DNA of 64,000 nucleotides, taken from positions 8,914 through 72,913 of the forward strand of contig RHPI01003256.1 in NCBI GenBank assembly GCA_009103225.1. The letters run 5' to 3'. This document shows, piece by piece, positions 38,451-51,373 of the stretch. Below the pieces are notes generated by a model. That model saw only the letters and a list, made by a program, of their open reading frames with translations. It searched no databases and was not told where the DNA came from. Numbering within the stretch: the stretch's first letter is position 1; each line of letters begins with the position of its first letter. A program made the position numbers and the translations under genes. The stretch comes from Chlorokybus atmophyticus. Lineage: Eukaryota; Plantae; Mesostigma and Chlorokybus algae.

Positions 38451-39661
38451 GCAAGCATACCGAACAATCACTGCACGAGATGCAGCAGCTCACGCCCAAG
38501 CAGCCATCTCACTGCCTTCCGCTTTTTTTTGTACACGCTTGAACTAGAGTTTACATCAACCAGTTGAGAGTCTTTAGAGTAAAACTTAGCTATTCTCTCA
38601 CTGCCTTGTTGTTATGGAAGTCCTGTGCTGCTCGGTGCTCGCCTTCAGCCAGCTACAGCGTCAGCCAGCCCCTCACACCTCAGCATTCAATACTGGTGAA
38701 GTTCACCAGTAGCAGGATTAGCTCTGCGACTACATGCACACCACAGCGACATACCCAACACCGCTGCTTACCCCTCTCACACACTGCCTCTCTTGATCTT
38801 GGTGTCAGCCACACTTCGCCCCGTCGACACTATACTGGATCGTGATGGGACCTGCCTTGATCAAGCTTGTACATGGCGAGCGACAAGGAGCAGTATTTGT
38901 GGTGTACACCCGCGGCAGCGAGGGCCGCGACGGCGGGGGCCGTGCCGCCCCCGCCGTCGCGCTGTGGTTGGACGGCAGGCAGCTTCGCGGCAGGCGCAAA
39001 GCACGAGGAAGCAGCAGGCAAGGCGCAGAGAAGCAAGCCGTCATGTCTGTTTGTGGCTATAGTTTCTCAAGCTTGTGTCACAATCACAATATTCTTATTT
39101 TCTTTTGGGTGGTAAAACTCGTACAAGTTTTGACGAGAGCTGCCCAATCCTGAAGCTGGTAAGTCCTTCATGGGCCTCAGTTCCTTGGGAGAGCAAGCAG
39201 TGTCGTCACATCACAAACATGGCCCGGCCATGGCATCGCCCGGCGAGCGCTTGCACGCGGACCTTCTTGCCACACTGTTGGTTGCTGAGGTTAGCATATA
39301 ACAAGGTGGACAGCGACATCACTGCTGTGTTTTGTTGTAAACAAGCAACCGTTGCCTGATGACTTGTGTACAAGGGTGTCAGCAATTGCACAAGCTTCAA
39401 GCAACCGGGCCGGTTGTGCGTTGTTGTGGCCTCATCCTAGCGTCTGAGCTCTTACAAATAGCTTTTCCGTAGGAATATTAATTTGCACAGACCATTCGTG
39501 TGTAAGTGCTTCAGTTGTAAGGCAACCATCTGGCTTTGCTTGGAGTTGCAGACTGCCGCACCAAGCGTGTAACTTGCTGCTTGTTGAACAATGCGAGGCC
39601 TTTTGCTAATGAGCCTTTGCGCATGAGCAGGCGGTCTCAGAGTCTGTGAGCGTGCCACACG

Positions 39662-42404
39662 ATGAACTTGCAATCTGCTGAGCAAGACGATGGCGATGTG
39701 CCGCCCAGTTTCATCTGCCCCATTTTGCTGGAGCTCATGGTTGATCCCGTTGTCATAGTCGGGTCGGGTCAAACTGTGTAGCGGCCCACTGCAGTGTCCT
39801 GGTTCAGACGACGCAACCGCAGATGCCCTGTCACACGTGAGTTGTGCACTGCAAGTCCAGAAAGCCAACAACAGGAGCTTGCATCAAACTTCTACATGTC
39901 ACTCGCTGTATGCCGCCTAATAAACAACAGCTCGTTGTGTAAAAGTGTGCACAGAATGTGCTCGCTGCCATGCGCATGGCAGGTGTGCACATTCTTTCGC
40001 AATTTGCAGTTGCTTCAAGTGCGCACTATGGATCAGCTTGCATGCAGATGATGGTGACTAGAATTCTGATTACCAGGACAGAAGCTCAAGCAGACGACCG
40101 TCATAGCCAACCACAGTCTACGCAACGCGATAGAGGAGTGGCGCAACCAGCAGGCTGCTGCGAGGTGTGCTGCGCAGTAGGCCGCAATGCAGGCTGCCAA
40201 GCTGGCCGCAGAGACGGATGCAAAGCTTGCTGCAGAGCAGGCTGCAAAGCAGGCTAAGTTGCGGACTGTAAAGCTGGCTGCAAGGGTGGCTGCACAGAAG
40301 ACTGCAAAGCTTGCTGCAGAGCAGGTTGCCAAGCTGGCCAAGAAGCACGCTGCACAGCTGGTTGCAGATGTGGCTGCGCAACAGGCTGCAACGCAGGCTG
40401 CAGAGCAGATTGCGAAGCAAGCCGAGGAGCGCACTGCACAGCTGGCTTCAAGGGTTGCTGCACAGGAGGAGGTGCTGGCCGCAAGGACTGCAGGCAGCTC
40501 GGAGTCACTCAGTATTGACGACTCTACGCATAAAACTCACGCATCCAGTCTGCTGAAGATGTTGCGCTTGGGCAACCTGACGAGCGGAAGAAGTCACTGA
40601 GAACCTTGGTGGGTTGGTTGTTGGGGTCAAATGAGGTCGCTTGCTGCTCCATGCTGCAAGCGAGCGGCATCTCTCTCATTGTGGCAAACACTATAAAAGG
40701 TGGCGAGGAGGTCCGCAGGCTTGCAGCTCGAGTGCTGCAGTACTTGGCGATCGACTCCAGGTGCCGAGATCAAATTGTCAAGGCAGGGGGTATTAGGTCC
40801 TTTGTTGCTTTGCTGCAGAAATCCAAGGGGTCTAAGGGTCAGTGCCTCGTGGCAATCGCTGCCAGCAACGCGCTGGCAAATCTGGCCTTGACTGAGCATC
40901 ACATACCTGCAATAGTGGAGGCGCGCGCCATCCAGCCTCTGGTGGACTTGCTGCTGTACCCAACAACTGTTTTCGACAGTGAAGTGCCAGCAGAGTGCAG
41001 CAAAGGCGCTGGGAAGGCTGTCCATGTCTGATGGCTTCATTGATAAGTTACTCATGGAGGGTGGGTGCGAAGCATTTGTGGAATTGCTACGTTACCGCTC
41101 TGCTGAAAGCAAGGCTGCCACTGCGGATGCAATCTGGGGCGTTGCAATGGAGAGCAACCGCGACACTATCACCTTCCGACGAGGCGATTGTTTGCAGTTG
41201 CTGGTTGAGGTGCTGAAAGACTTCACGTACCCCAAGGCTCAGGAGAATGCGACAGCAGCATTGTTATGGTTGTTGGCTGATGATCACACGAGTAGAGCGG
41301 CCATGGCAAGCAGCGGTGGCATGAAAGCCTTGGTTGCTTTGATCAAGTTTGGTGCGGCAGTATGCCGGCGCATGGCATCCATGGTAGCGCAGAGTCTGGT
41401 GAAGGCGTTGGCCAATGACGTTCAACAAAGCCAAAGTACAGCGGCATCTGCTCATCGCGCTCTGGCATCAGCAGGATGTGGTGCGGGGGTGGTTGTAAAC
41501 ATGCACGGCGTCGACCAATTGGTTGATATTGACAGAAGACGGCAATGCAGCGTGCAGGGCGGAGGTGGTGGCAGTGCTGGGAAATCCTGCCAGTGTGGGC
41601 GACCTGTGCAGTGATTGTGGAGGCGTTAACGACCTTACTGAGCGACACCAGCACTGATCGTCAGAAGCTTGCTGTCCAGCTTATAGCGCAGCTTGTGCGC
41701 GCTGGTAAGCCTATGCGGATTGCCATGGCGGTTGGCGGTGTTGTTGAGGCGCTCGTTGGCATGTTGAGGCATGGTGCGCGATGCCAGCATGTATCAGTGC
41801 TTGGCACTCTGGCGGTTAAGCAGCAGTGCAGGGCTGTTCTACGAGGGCTGGGGGCATCGAGTCCCTTATCGCTTTGTTTGAACAGGGTAAACCAGACTGC
41901 AACTTGGAGGCGGCCAAGGTTCTGGGCATCATGGCTGTTGAGATAGAGCACACAATAGCCACCACACAAGCAGGCGGCATGAAAGCGGTCGCTGCTGGTA
42001 GGGACTGCTGCCGACCTGCTAGCAGAGTTGTCACATCAAAAGGACATGCTTGCATCGGTGCGGGATGAGTACATATCTTGCCGGCAAGAGGCAGCACTAA
42101 CATTGCGAGAGTTGGCAGCCGACAGCAACTGCGTTGGTGATCATCGTGAGTCAACGGTCCAGTCAAGTTGCTGGTTCACTCAATGTGCACTGGCCAAGAT
42201 GAGCATCGCGAAGTAGCCGCAGGAGCATTGGCAAACCTTGCAAGTGACGCCGGCGCCAGGTCGTTCCTTGCCACTGCAGATGTCATCGAGCCTCTTATCG
42301 TGATGGTGGCCCATAATTCGGCTGAAGTGCAACGTGCCCTCGCAGTGCTCGCGCAAGATGCTGCTTGCATGCAGGTCATGGAGACGTTGGGCTACAAGGC
42401 ATAG
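39662..42404 (+). pseudogene. U-box + Armadillo-repeat E3 ligase (PUB-like), disrupted
   Basis: DVPPSFICPILLELMVDPVV..SGQTV*R...WF..RRCPVT and ANHSLRNAIEEW (U-box). ARM repeats AGGIRSFVALL, ARAIQPLVDLL, SGGMKALVALI. TAG stops at 39779 and 40178 plus frameshifts. Confidence 0.88.
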
Positions 42405-43336
42405 CAAAGTGAAGTGCATTGTGAATAGAGTGTCTACTTTTGAAGCCCCGTGTACCAGGTATATTTGTACATACATATACATGTGCATCAAGAATGCCAT
42501 GCGATGATGCGACATGCACGACACATGCACAAGTCATATGGACCACACATCAATGTTTTTGATAATGAGCACCACCACCTGGCCACATTTACCAACACCA
42601 CTACCTACTGTCGCTACTGCCCCGAACCCCCGTTAGACGTATGCGCAAGCACGGGCATATCAATCACCCGCCCACAGGGCTGATAGGTGTTACGAGCGGT
42701 CAGCATTGCAACAGCCACAGCAACGACAACACGACTCCTGCTCCCCCTCTCCCTTGCCCTCCGCCAGCTCTCTCGCCACACTGCTGCGCTCTCCGTCGCT
42801 GCGCCTTTGTAACCCTGGCACTGCGTTTGTCAGCAGTGCCCTCCGTAGCCCTGTTGTACTGTTAAGGCATTCACGAGTACTTCAGTTCTGTGGGAGTGCT
42901 GTGCTGCGCTGGTGGCTGTACAGGATATGCTGGCAGTAGTTGGAGACATGCATGACCTCACTCACAGCATGCCAAACAGCAACATGCAAGCACATTACAA
43001 CACAACCACCGGGCTATACACACTTTTCGTTCCTCACTACACTACACTAGTCTAGACCTCCCCGATAGGCATGCATACATGCGTATTAGTAGTGCATTAC
43101 CTGCCCACACGGGCTCTGTCAGTTGGTGTTGGCAAAGGCAGCAGTAGCAGCAGCACAGCATGACGACTCCCTCCCTCCCGCCTGCTCTCCCTCTCCCCGT
43201 GTGTCCCCCCCTTTTACATTAACCCCATTGCGGAGGTCCTCCCTTTTGCTATGTTCGTCGCAAATCTTTCGGCATGACTGACTAGGGACTGAGGGACTGA
43301 CCCCGCCTGACCCTAACGGACCCTAACGACTTGGGC

Positions 43337-44604
43337 CATAAAGGGACTGAGTGGATTGCCTATGCATATCAACGACAATTAGTTATGGCCCGGCCGCTTG
43401 TCGTACGCGATACTAAACTCTTAGTTGCCGGTCATGACCTTCAAGCAACTTGAGATGACGGCCGACCGTCGATCGTACAGCACACGCGGCGGCTACTTAC
43501 TTATAATAGCAATTAGGTGACCTCTCGGGCCCCTACTTGCGACGAATAATACCCATCAGTCCCCTTTTACCGGCGGCCGGCCACCGACCGTACAAAGCCC
43601 GCGACAGCGATATGTCTGAATTGGCAAGCAAGTCTTTGCTTAATCCCAACTTAGGGACAAGCGATGGCAGCAAGTTGGGACAGTGACATAAAAGTCCGGA
43701 ACAGTTGACTGGAACACTTAATGGACTTATGGCACCATTGCGATGGTGCTATTGTACCATGGCACAATCGTACTAGTTGATAGTATAATAGCGCCATTGA
43801 AGCCGTTGAGCGTTTGAAACGCTGCCGCTGCCCACGTAGCAACGCTTCAAACGCACAACGGCTTCAAGCAAGTTGGGCAGGTGGGCGGCGGCGGCGGCGG
43901 TGGCAGTGACGGTGGCGGTGGCGGCGACGGCGGCAACGGCGACCATGGCAAAGTGGGTGAGACTGTTCGCAAATGTATATACGTGTGGATGCCGTTGTGT
44001 TGAGCGCAATAGCGCAGCCTCATCGCCCTGCTTGACGAGCAGACCAGGCCAGGCCAGGGGGCGGCGGCGGCGGCGGCGGCAATGGCATAATAGGAGTTTG
44101 TTTGTGTATGTGTGTGTATAATGCCGTCGTGTTGCGTAACAGCCTAACCGCTCTGCTTGCTAAGCTGCAGGCGGAGGTGCTGGAGCGGCGACAAGGCGGC
44201 GGAGGAGAAGGAGGAGCGGCGGCGTACGAGCGGAGGAGCGATGACTTAGATTATGACTTTTATAAGGGTAGTATAAGGGTAGTGGAGTAGTAGAAGCAGT
44301 AGTAGTAGCATTTCACAGTATACTATAGCAACAGCATGTAATGTATTATTGATGTATCCTTATTGTTTAAATTGCAATTTTGCTTGTCGCATGCCGTCTC
44401 GCAGTACCCAAACGATACTTGTTGGTACTTTCAATAGTAACGTTAGGTACCATCAGGTACTTTACAGGTACCTAATAGTAAGGTACCTTCAACGTAAAGT
44501 CGCTTGTACCTAACTGTTGGGTATCGATTAATTAGGTCAAGTCCCCTTTGCTTAACTGATGGGTACCTTACATGTATCCATCAGTTAAGGTCAGTCCCTT
44601 TATG
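43337..44604. mobile_element. Putative non-autonomous DNA element bounded by 14-bp perfect inverted repeats
   Basis: CATAAAGGGACTGA (43337-43350) and TCAGTCCCTTTATG (44591-44604). Related motifs at 43284-43302, 43556-43569 and 44537-44549. Internal hairpin at 44551-44589. Confidence 0.45.
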
Positions 44605-45298
44605 CATGCGGCCGCCGACCAATAATAACGATTGTTATACTCAGGTCTCCGTATCGAGATTACAGGTGGACTGAGCCACGACAATTAAAATGAGTATCCT
44701 TAGGGGAGGCACGACCGTTGCCAATATTTAATCGGCCGGCAGGGGAAACATTTTGCGATGTTGTTATTTAAAAAAGTTATGGTCATACATTGATGCTTTG
44801 ATTGCATTTGCCAATATGCATAAGTACATGATGTATGCGTAGTACAAACAGCGACTACTTATGCCTTGTAACACTATTGCACGGCTCGCATGCACATCTT
44901 ACTCGTATGCGCGTCGCGCATAGCCATACGCCTGTTGCACAGGCTAGGATCAGCTCACGTCGGAACAGTGTATTACTTGCATAGATGTTGGACACAACAA
45001 TCATCATCAAGCGTTCTGCATGCTTGTCGCTCAATTTGAGAAGCGCCGCCGCCGCCGCTGTTGCTGATTAGCAGCGCAATGTCGCCTGGTCGTAGGTGTG
45101 AATGCTATCACAGGTACATATATGCTTGTATGCGTTCATCGCAACATGCATTCGCTCTCTCGTTTTGAAAGCGCCAGCATTGACAGTTTTAAACGGTGAC
45201 GCGTGGCACACGCCCGGCGAGGCGGCGGTGGTGGAGGGAAGGGCGACGACGACCAGGGGAAGCACGACGCCACACATATAACCTCAAGGAACGCAGCC

Positions 45299-48200
45299 AT
45301 GCGGGGATCGCCGCGCATTCCCAAGCGGCCCGCCTCATCCATGCGGGAAGGCCTGCTGCCTGAAGGGAGCGGCGGAGGTGGTGGAGGAGGAGGAGGAGGA
45401 GGAGGAGGAGGAGGAGGAGGGGAAGATATGGACGAGGCTGCCGCTGCACCCTCGGGCTACTCCTCCTCGCCCAGGGCGTCGTCATTGAGAGCGTCGCCCA
45501 AGGGCCCTCGCCCCTTCGCCTCTCCCCTGCGAGGTGGAGGGGGCGGTGGCGGGCTCAACGGCGGTCTCAGCGGCCCTCTCCTTACCACCGCCGCCGCCGC
45601 CCAGGACGTCCATTACGCCGACCCCTACGCACAGGAGCCTGCTGGCGTGGCGAACGGCCATGCCAGGCTGAAGGAGGAGCACGACGACATGGAGGAGCTG
45701 GAGGTCGTTGGTAGGGAGGACAAGGCCGGAGGGTCAGGGGCGGCGGCGGCGGAGTCCGGGGCGTCAGGGGCGGCGGCAGGGTTGGTCGGAGGGTCAGGCA
45801 TGGAGTTCATAGAGAAGATCCACTTACCAGCTGGTGCAGAGAGGACTGTAAGGCGTGCCAACAGGTGTCTTGATTGCGGGCCGAGGCTGTGGGCACGCAT
45901 GCCTGGGTTAGGTGGAGCCAAGGGGACTTATGCCAATGTTACGTTGTTGGCGCTGTGTTGGGCGCTGTCGTACTCGACGATCACGTCCACGCTCACGACA
46001 ACGGCCGTCGCTGCGCGTGCACTCATCGCGGATCAGGGATGGGTCACGCTAGCGGTTGGAGCGGTGTTCATTGGATCTGCAGTCATCGTCGTGCCCGTCG
46101 CGCTCTCCATGCACCTCGTGCGTGCGTTGCCTCTGTTTCGTACGCAAACACCCAACCCAATGTCACAATCATTGTGTCCAAAATGAGCTGCATGCCAACA
46201 CACACACATTGTTCACACGCGCGCTCTGCAGGCAAACGCATGCACACGCGCGCCCGCACACAGCCACATACATGGAGTGTGAAAGCATGCACATACATCC
46301 GCACGCATGCGTGTTCACGAAGGCACCTGCGCATACATTCACACGGACACAATATCACGTTCGTTGTGCTCAACTGCACGCACGCGCAGACATGGAGTCG
46401 CTTGCTTCAAACAGTACACGCGCATGCACGCACGCGCACAACCTCATACACACTACGTGTGCAGTTTGGACGGCGCATCGGTTTCATGATCGGTTGCGCA
46501 ATGGGTATGCTCGGCGCCGGCTTGTCCACCGCAGCTATGTACAGAGGGAACTTCGCGCTGCTCGTGGTGGGCAGCCTCCTGCTGGGCGGCGCGCTCGGAC
46601 ACGCGCAGTTCTACCGATTCGCCGCAGCCGACGTGTCCACGCTGCACTTCAGATCGAAAGCAATCTCACTCGTGCTTGCGGGCGGCATCATCGCTGCAGT
46701 GGTAAGCATCTGTCGCACGCACACTAACCCACGCATGCACACACGCACGTCGCCACCCACATCGCTCACACAAGCATGTGCGTGCGCATGCGCATGCACA
46801 CATACGCGCGTGCACATACGCATGCACTCTGCCACCCACCCACTCACACGTAAACGCGTGCGCGCACACACACTTGCATGTGCCCATGCACACGCCTAAA
46901 CACAGGACAGCTGTGCTCACGTGCATACACACAAACATCCACGCACGCGCGCAGGTTGGTCCCCAGCTCTCCAAATCCACTCGCAACTGGATCCCCGAGC
47001 ACGAGTTCGCGGGCACCTACATCAGCATGATCCTCCTGTTCGCGGCCAACCTCCTCCCCCTCTTCTTCATCGACTTCTCCACTCCCGAGGAGGTGGAGCC
47101 CGCCGAGCTCGAGGAGTGGTTCAAGAAGGCGGCTACCATCACCACCGACGGTGTGGTCGTGAAGCTGAGACTGAAACATTACAGGAGCGATGAACAGACG
47201 GGACCGGCAAGGAGTCTTATTGCTATTTTACTACAGCCGGAGTGTCTGGTGTCTATATTGCTGGCGTCGCTAGCGTATGGAGCTATGTTGTTCATTATGA
47301 CGCCGCTACCACTCGCCATGATAGAGAGGTCATGTTGGACTTGGACTTCATCGCATGTAGTCATCAGCGGTCTATGTGTGTGTGTGCGTGTGCGTGCGTG
47401 CGTGTGGTGCAGATAGAGAGGTTTATGTCCTCAACGCTAGCAATGTGAATGCTGCATTGCAATGTGTGGGTGTGCATGCGCGTGTGTGTCATCGGCGTCA
47501 GCAACTGAGGACTGATTTGTGGTGCGTTTTCTTTATCTGCAGGTCGTTCAGCTTCAACCAGGCTGCGCTGGTTATTCAGCTGCACATGCTGGCCATGTTC
47601 ATTCCCGCGCTGTTCACGGGGCACCTGATGTCCACCTTTGGCACATTCGCGGTCACACTCACAGGTAAGGACCACGTTTGCGAGTGCATTTTGCTGTGTG
47701 TGCGTTCGTGTGCTGGAGGCTCAACTGAATGACTGCAGGCAACGTGCTGTTTGTTGTGGCGATCATCTTCATGATCACCGGCCAGCACTACTTCAACTAC
47801 ATGGTGGGCATGTTGTTCCTGGGCGTGGCATGGAACTTCATGTTCATTGGGGCCACCAACCGCTTCACAACCACATACCGCTTCTCCGAAACCAGCAAAG
47901 CTCAGGTACTATGACTATCAATCACATGCAGATTGTGTGATGCATGTGGTCAGTGCTGTGGGCGCACCAGCTCAACATGTTGGTTGCAGGCGTTGAACGA
48001 CACGCTTGTGTCTGGTGCGGCTGCTGTCGCCAGCGTGTTCTCCGGCTCCGCCAGAGACGACTTGGGTATGTTTATGAGTTGTATAGAGCTGATGTGTTAA
48101 ACACGTACTTGCACTCATGCATGGTGTCACATGAAACTGGTGATCAGTCATTGATGACAACAAGTGATCATGTTCTTCCTCCGTTTCAGGTTGGAAGGGT

Positions 48201-48338
48201 GTGCAGTGGCTGGCGCTCATTTTTCTAGTGTTAGGTATCGTGTTGTCGGTAGGATTGCAGCTGGTGCATTCGATAAACAAGAGGAAAAAGGGGTTGACTG
48301 ACCGCAGGTGGTCAGGGGAGCGTAACCTACCTGCATAG
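45299..48338 (+). CDS. MFS transporter, bacterial RfnT-like family, 647 aa; exons 45299-46117, 46465-46701, 46955-47328, 47543-47664, 47739-47905, 47990-48065, 48190-48338
   Basis: FGRRIGFMIG, QFYRFAAADV...RSKAISLVLAGGIIAAVVGPQL, QLHMLAMFIPALFTG, GVAWNFMFIGAT...KAQALND. About 12 hydrophobic segments. All junctions in frame. Start codon uncertain (upstream GTG at 45203). Confidence 0.9.
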
Positions 48339-49838
48339 CTTAGCATTGCACGGCGGTTGTATGTATATATACATGTGCTGTGTATGTGTGTTGCGAGCAG
48401 ACTGATACATGTGTGTTTGTGGCGGCAACTGTGCGTTGCCGCCGCACCCACACTTGTCTTGGATCCCGTAGGCAGTGCACACATTCTATTGTTGTTTGCT
48501 TTTCGGCTTGGTTGACCGGAGTGGCTTGCGCATCACATGCGCTGAGAGATGATGCTCTTGCGATCTTTCTGTGGGACATTGCAGTGCTCATGCCGTGAGG
48601 GCTGAATGGTCCAGTGATGTGCAATGGAAGTGGTTTGTTAGGTACTAGGTCCATCCCGTAGTATTGTCTGCGTAGATGGCTGCGTTGATGTAAGTGCCAT
48701 CCAACTGCTTAATGGCAACCTATACTCAGCATCCCTTGTCATGCGTGTTACACTCTCGAGCAAGCCGTAATGCTTGCAATCTATTCTTTATACACCGTGC
48801 ATGCCATTATTGTAGCATACTATCTCTTTTGCACGTGCCTCTAACACACTAGGCGTGTGCATATTTGCAATGCACACACAAGGGGGACATCACGCAAGTA
48901 ATAATATATATAAATTACCATGTTTAGCTTTCTTCTACATCATATAATGGTAATCTTGTTGTACACTATTGTTATATGGTTGTTCAACTTACATTGTTAT
49001 TGACTACGCAACATATCCATGAATGGATTCAATGATTAGCAACAGAGCTATTGGAAATAGCGGTTAACACATGTGCTTTATACAACTTCGTCAACCTTGT
49101 CCGCGTTGCATTGTAATATTAATATTGATTGTGTTTGTGCTTTTTTGAGATGTACAAGTGTATCCGTTATGCGTTCATTGTATATTGGGCAGATAAGTAC
49201 GCATGCTATCATTTCGTGTAGAAAATTGAAGTCGCTACTGTGCCATCATTTGCAATCCGCTAGCATGCACTTGTAATAAGTAATTCAAATCATCATGGTC
49301 ATCTTTTGTAAAGCATTAATGCGAAACAATGTTCATGCGCAGTACATAGAGATTAATAACTTGTATAAATTCCATAAACGGCATTTATCACCCAATGTTG
49401 GCGTGTATAATGCAGATTTGCCACGTGTGCACTTCTTTTCTGCTCTTTGAAGCAATACAAGTATGCAAGCATTTGCGTAATTTAAATACAAATGTAAATA
49501 ATACTTTTACGTGCGTACCTTACAATACATTGCAAGACATGCTTTAACCACAAGTAATACCCGTTTATAGGTTATGACAAGGGGCCTGGTGCGTATGTAC
49601 GTATATTGCACTATACCTATTACCAACCACGCCAGGTAATTCAGTGTAGGCTGTAACACCTTTGTGATGTACAAGTTAGGCCCTGCCGCAGGGCCAACAT
49701 GTAGCTTACCTTAGGTAGTGAGAAAAGCAGCAATGTTTTATGACAATAACGCGAACGTGCTGCCTTTGCTTGTATCCAAACACGACATTCGGATAAGAGC
49801 GCCAGTCCTTCTGCACGCCCGGGTCATCCTCCATCACC

Positions 49839-51373
49839 ATGGCGGCGGCGGCGGCGACGGCCACGGCATTGTCGTCGTCGGCAAGCTTAGCTAGCTTGTT
49901 GCCGACGCCGAGCAGAAGGCAACCGCTGCAACCGCAAACACAGCAGCAGCAGAAGCAGGTGCTGCAGCGTGGGGTGAACGTGGTGCTGTCCGCCTCCTCC
50001 TCCTCCCCCTCCTCCTCCTCCTCCTCCACCTCTTCCTCCTCCTCCGCCGCCGAGCCAGCCTGGAAGCAAAAGCTCGCAGCTGCGGACGCCGTCGCCGAGG
50101 ACATCCGTCGTCAGGCCAGGGAGGTTGAGGAGGCCTACAAGCGTCGTCGTCGTCAGCAGGGCGGCGGCGGCGCCTCCTCCGCCCCGTCCCTCTCCTCCCT
50201 CCCTCTCCTGGACTACGTCGGCGACGACGGCCTGGTGATTGACCACAGCCAGGAGGGCGCCAAGGCGAGCGTCTACGCCGTGTACGACCAGGCTCAGTCC
50301 CTACGCTACGTGGGCGTCACCAGGGGCATCCACAGCGCCATGAGGCTTCACCTCGCCCGCCGCCCAGCAGAGTGCTGGCATGTACGTGTGCACCACCTCG
50401 CCAGACCGTCACGCGATGCCCTGGAGGCTGTGCGTGACGCCTGGGTCAAGGGGGAGGAGGGGAATACAACAACACCGCCGCCAGGAAATGACAATGGACC
50501 CACGCAGCTAGCGTGGGAGAACCCTATTGACGTTAAGCCCATCATGACGCCACAGGAAGTAAGCACACAAGCAGGAGAAGGAGTGCATGCATGATGTGCG
50601 TGTGCACGTGTGTGCATGCGCGCGCGTGTATGGGTGTGTGTTGTGTGCCTTTGTGTCCTGCAATCAAAGCATGCATGTCCGTGCACAGTCTCATCCGTTC
50701 CCGTGCTATCCTTTTGGTCGTTGTATTATTGCAGCGGCCAATAAGCTTTCTTACAAAGTATATGTCTGTTGTCTTGCGTGTGTGCAGAGGGAGTCGGTTG
50801 AGAGCGTGGCTGGGCCGGCACAGGCTAAAGCGCTGAAGCAAGTGGCGCGACGCGTTGAAGCAGAGCTTGAAAAAGTGTTCAAGGTACAGGGCCATGCATT
50901 GAAAATCATATGAACACATATTCGCACGCACACACGACGCAGTGCAAGTTTGTAACATGCTTTCTCACAAAAAGAGCATGCATCACGTGCACGCATGCAC
51001 ATACATGCAATGACATGCGCGCATTTGCGAACACGCAAGTGCGCGTGTGCGTGCACACATGCACAAGCACATTGGTTGATTGATTGAGTAGGCACACACT
51101 ATAATAGTGCTCGCTTGTTGATGCGCCTTTGCACTCGTGTGCTCAGGAAAGGGGTATTCAAGAGAACATGCGATTCGACCCAAAGCTAAAAGAAAAGGTG
51201 AGAGACTTTGGCTTGCTGTCTTGAATTTCAGCGATTTGAGAAGTGTCCGACGATTTGCACTTCATTACGGGAATGTCTGTCTACAGGGTTTGCTTGATCT
51301 GAAGAATCTAAGGCCAGTGCCGGATGCATCGGTGCCTGCGGAGAAGCCAAAGTCACAAGCCGCTGCTAAATAG
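49839..51373 (+). CDS. Plastid-targeted GIY-YIG-like protein (GRXS16 N-terminal / cyanobacterial type), 317 aa; exons 49839-50558, 50788-50883, 51147-51197, 51287-51373
   Basis: Ala/Ser-rich transit-like N-terminus, SVYAVYD..LRYVGVTR, HL.RRP..C, RPSRDALE.VRDAW, PPGN, PIDVK, LKQVARRVEAE, RFDPKLKEKGLLDLK. Confidence 0.9.

Noticed and set aside
49679-49695. Palindrome GGCCCTGC-C-GCAGGGCC about 145 bp upstream of the GIY-YIG ATG
   Set aside because: An 8-bp dyad in GC-rich promoter DNA can arise by chance; no independent support.
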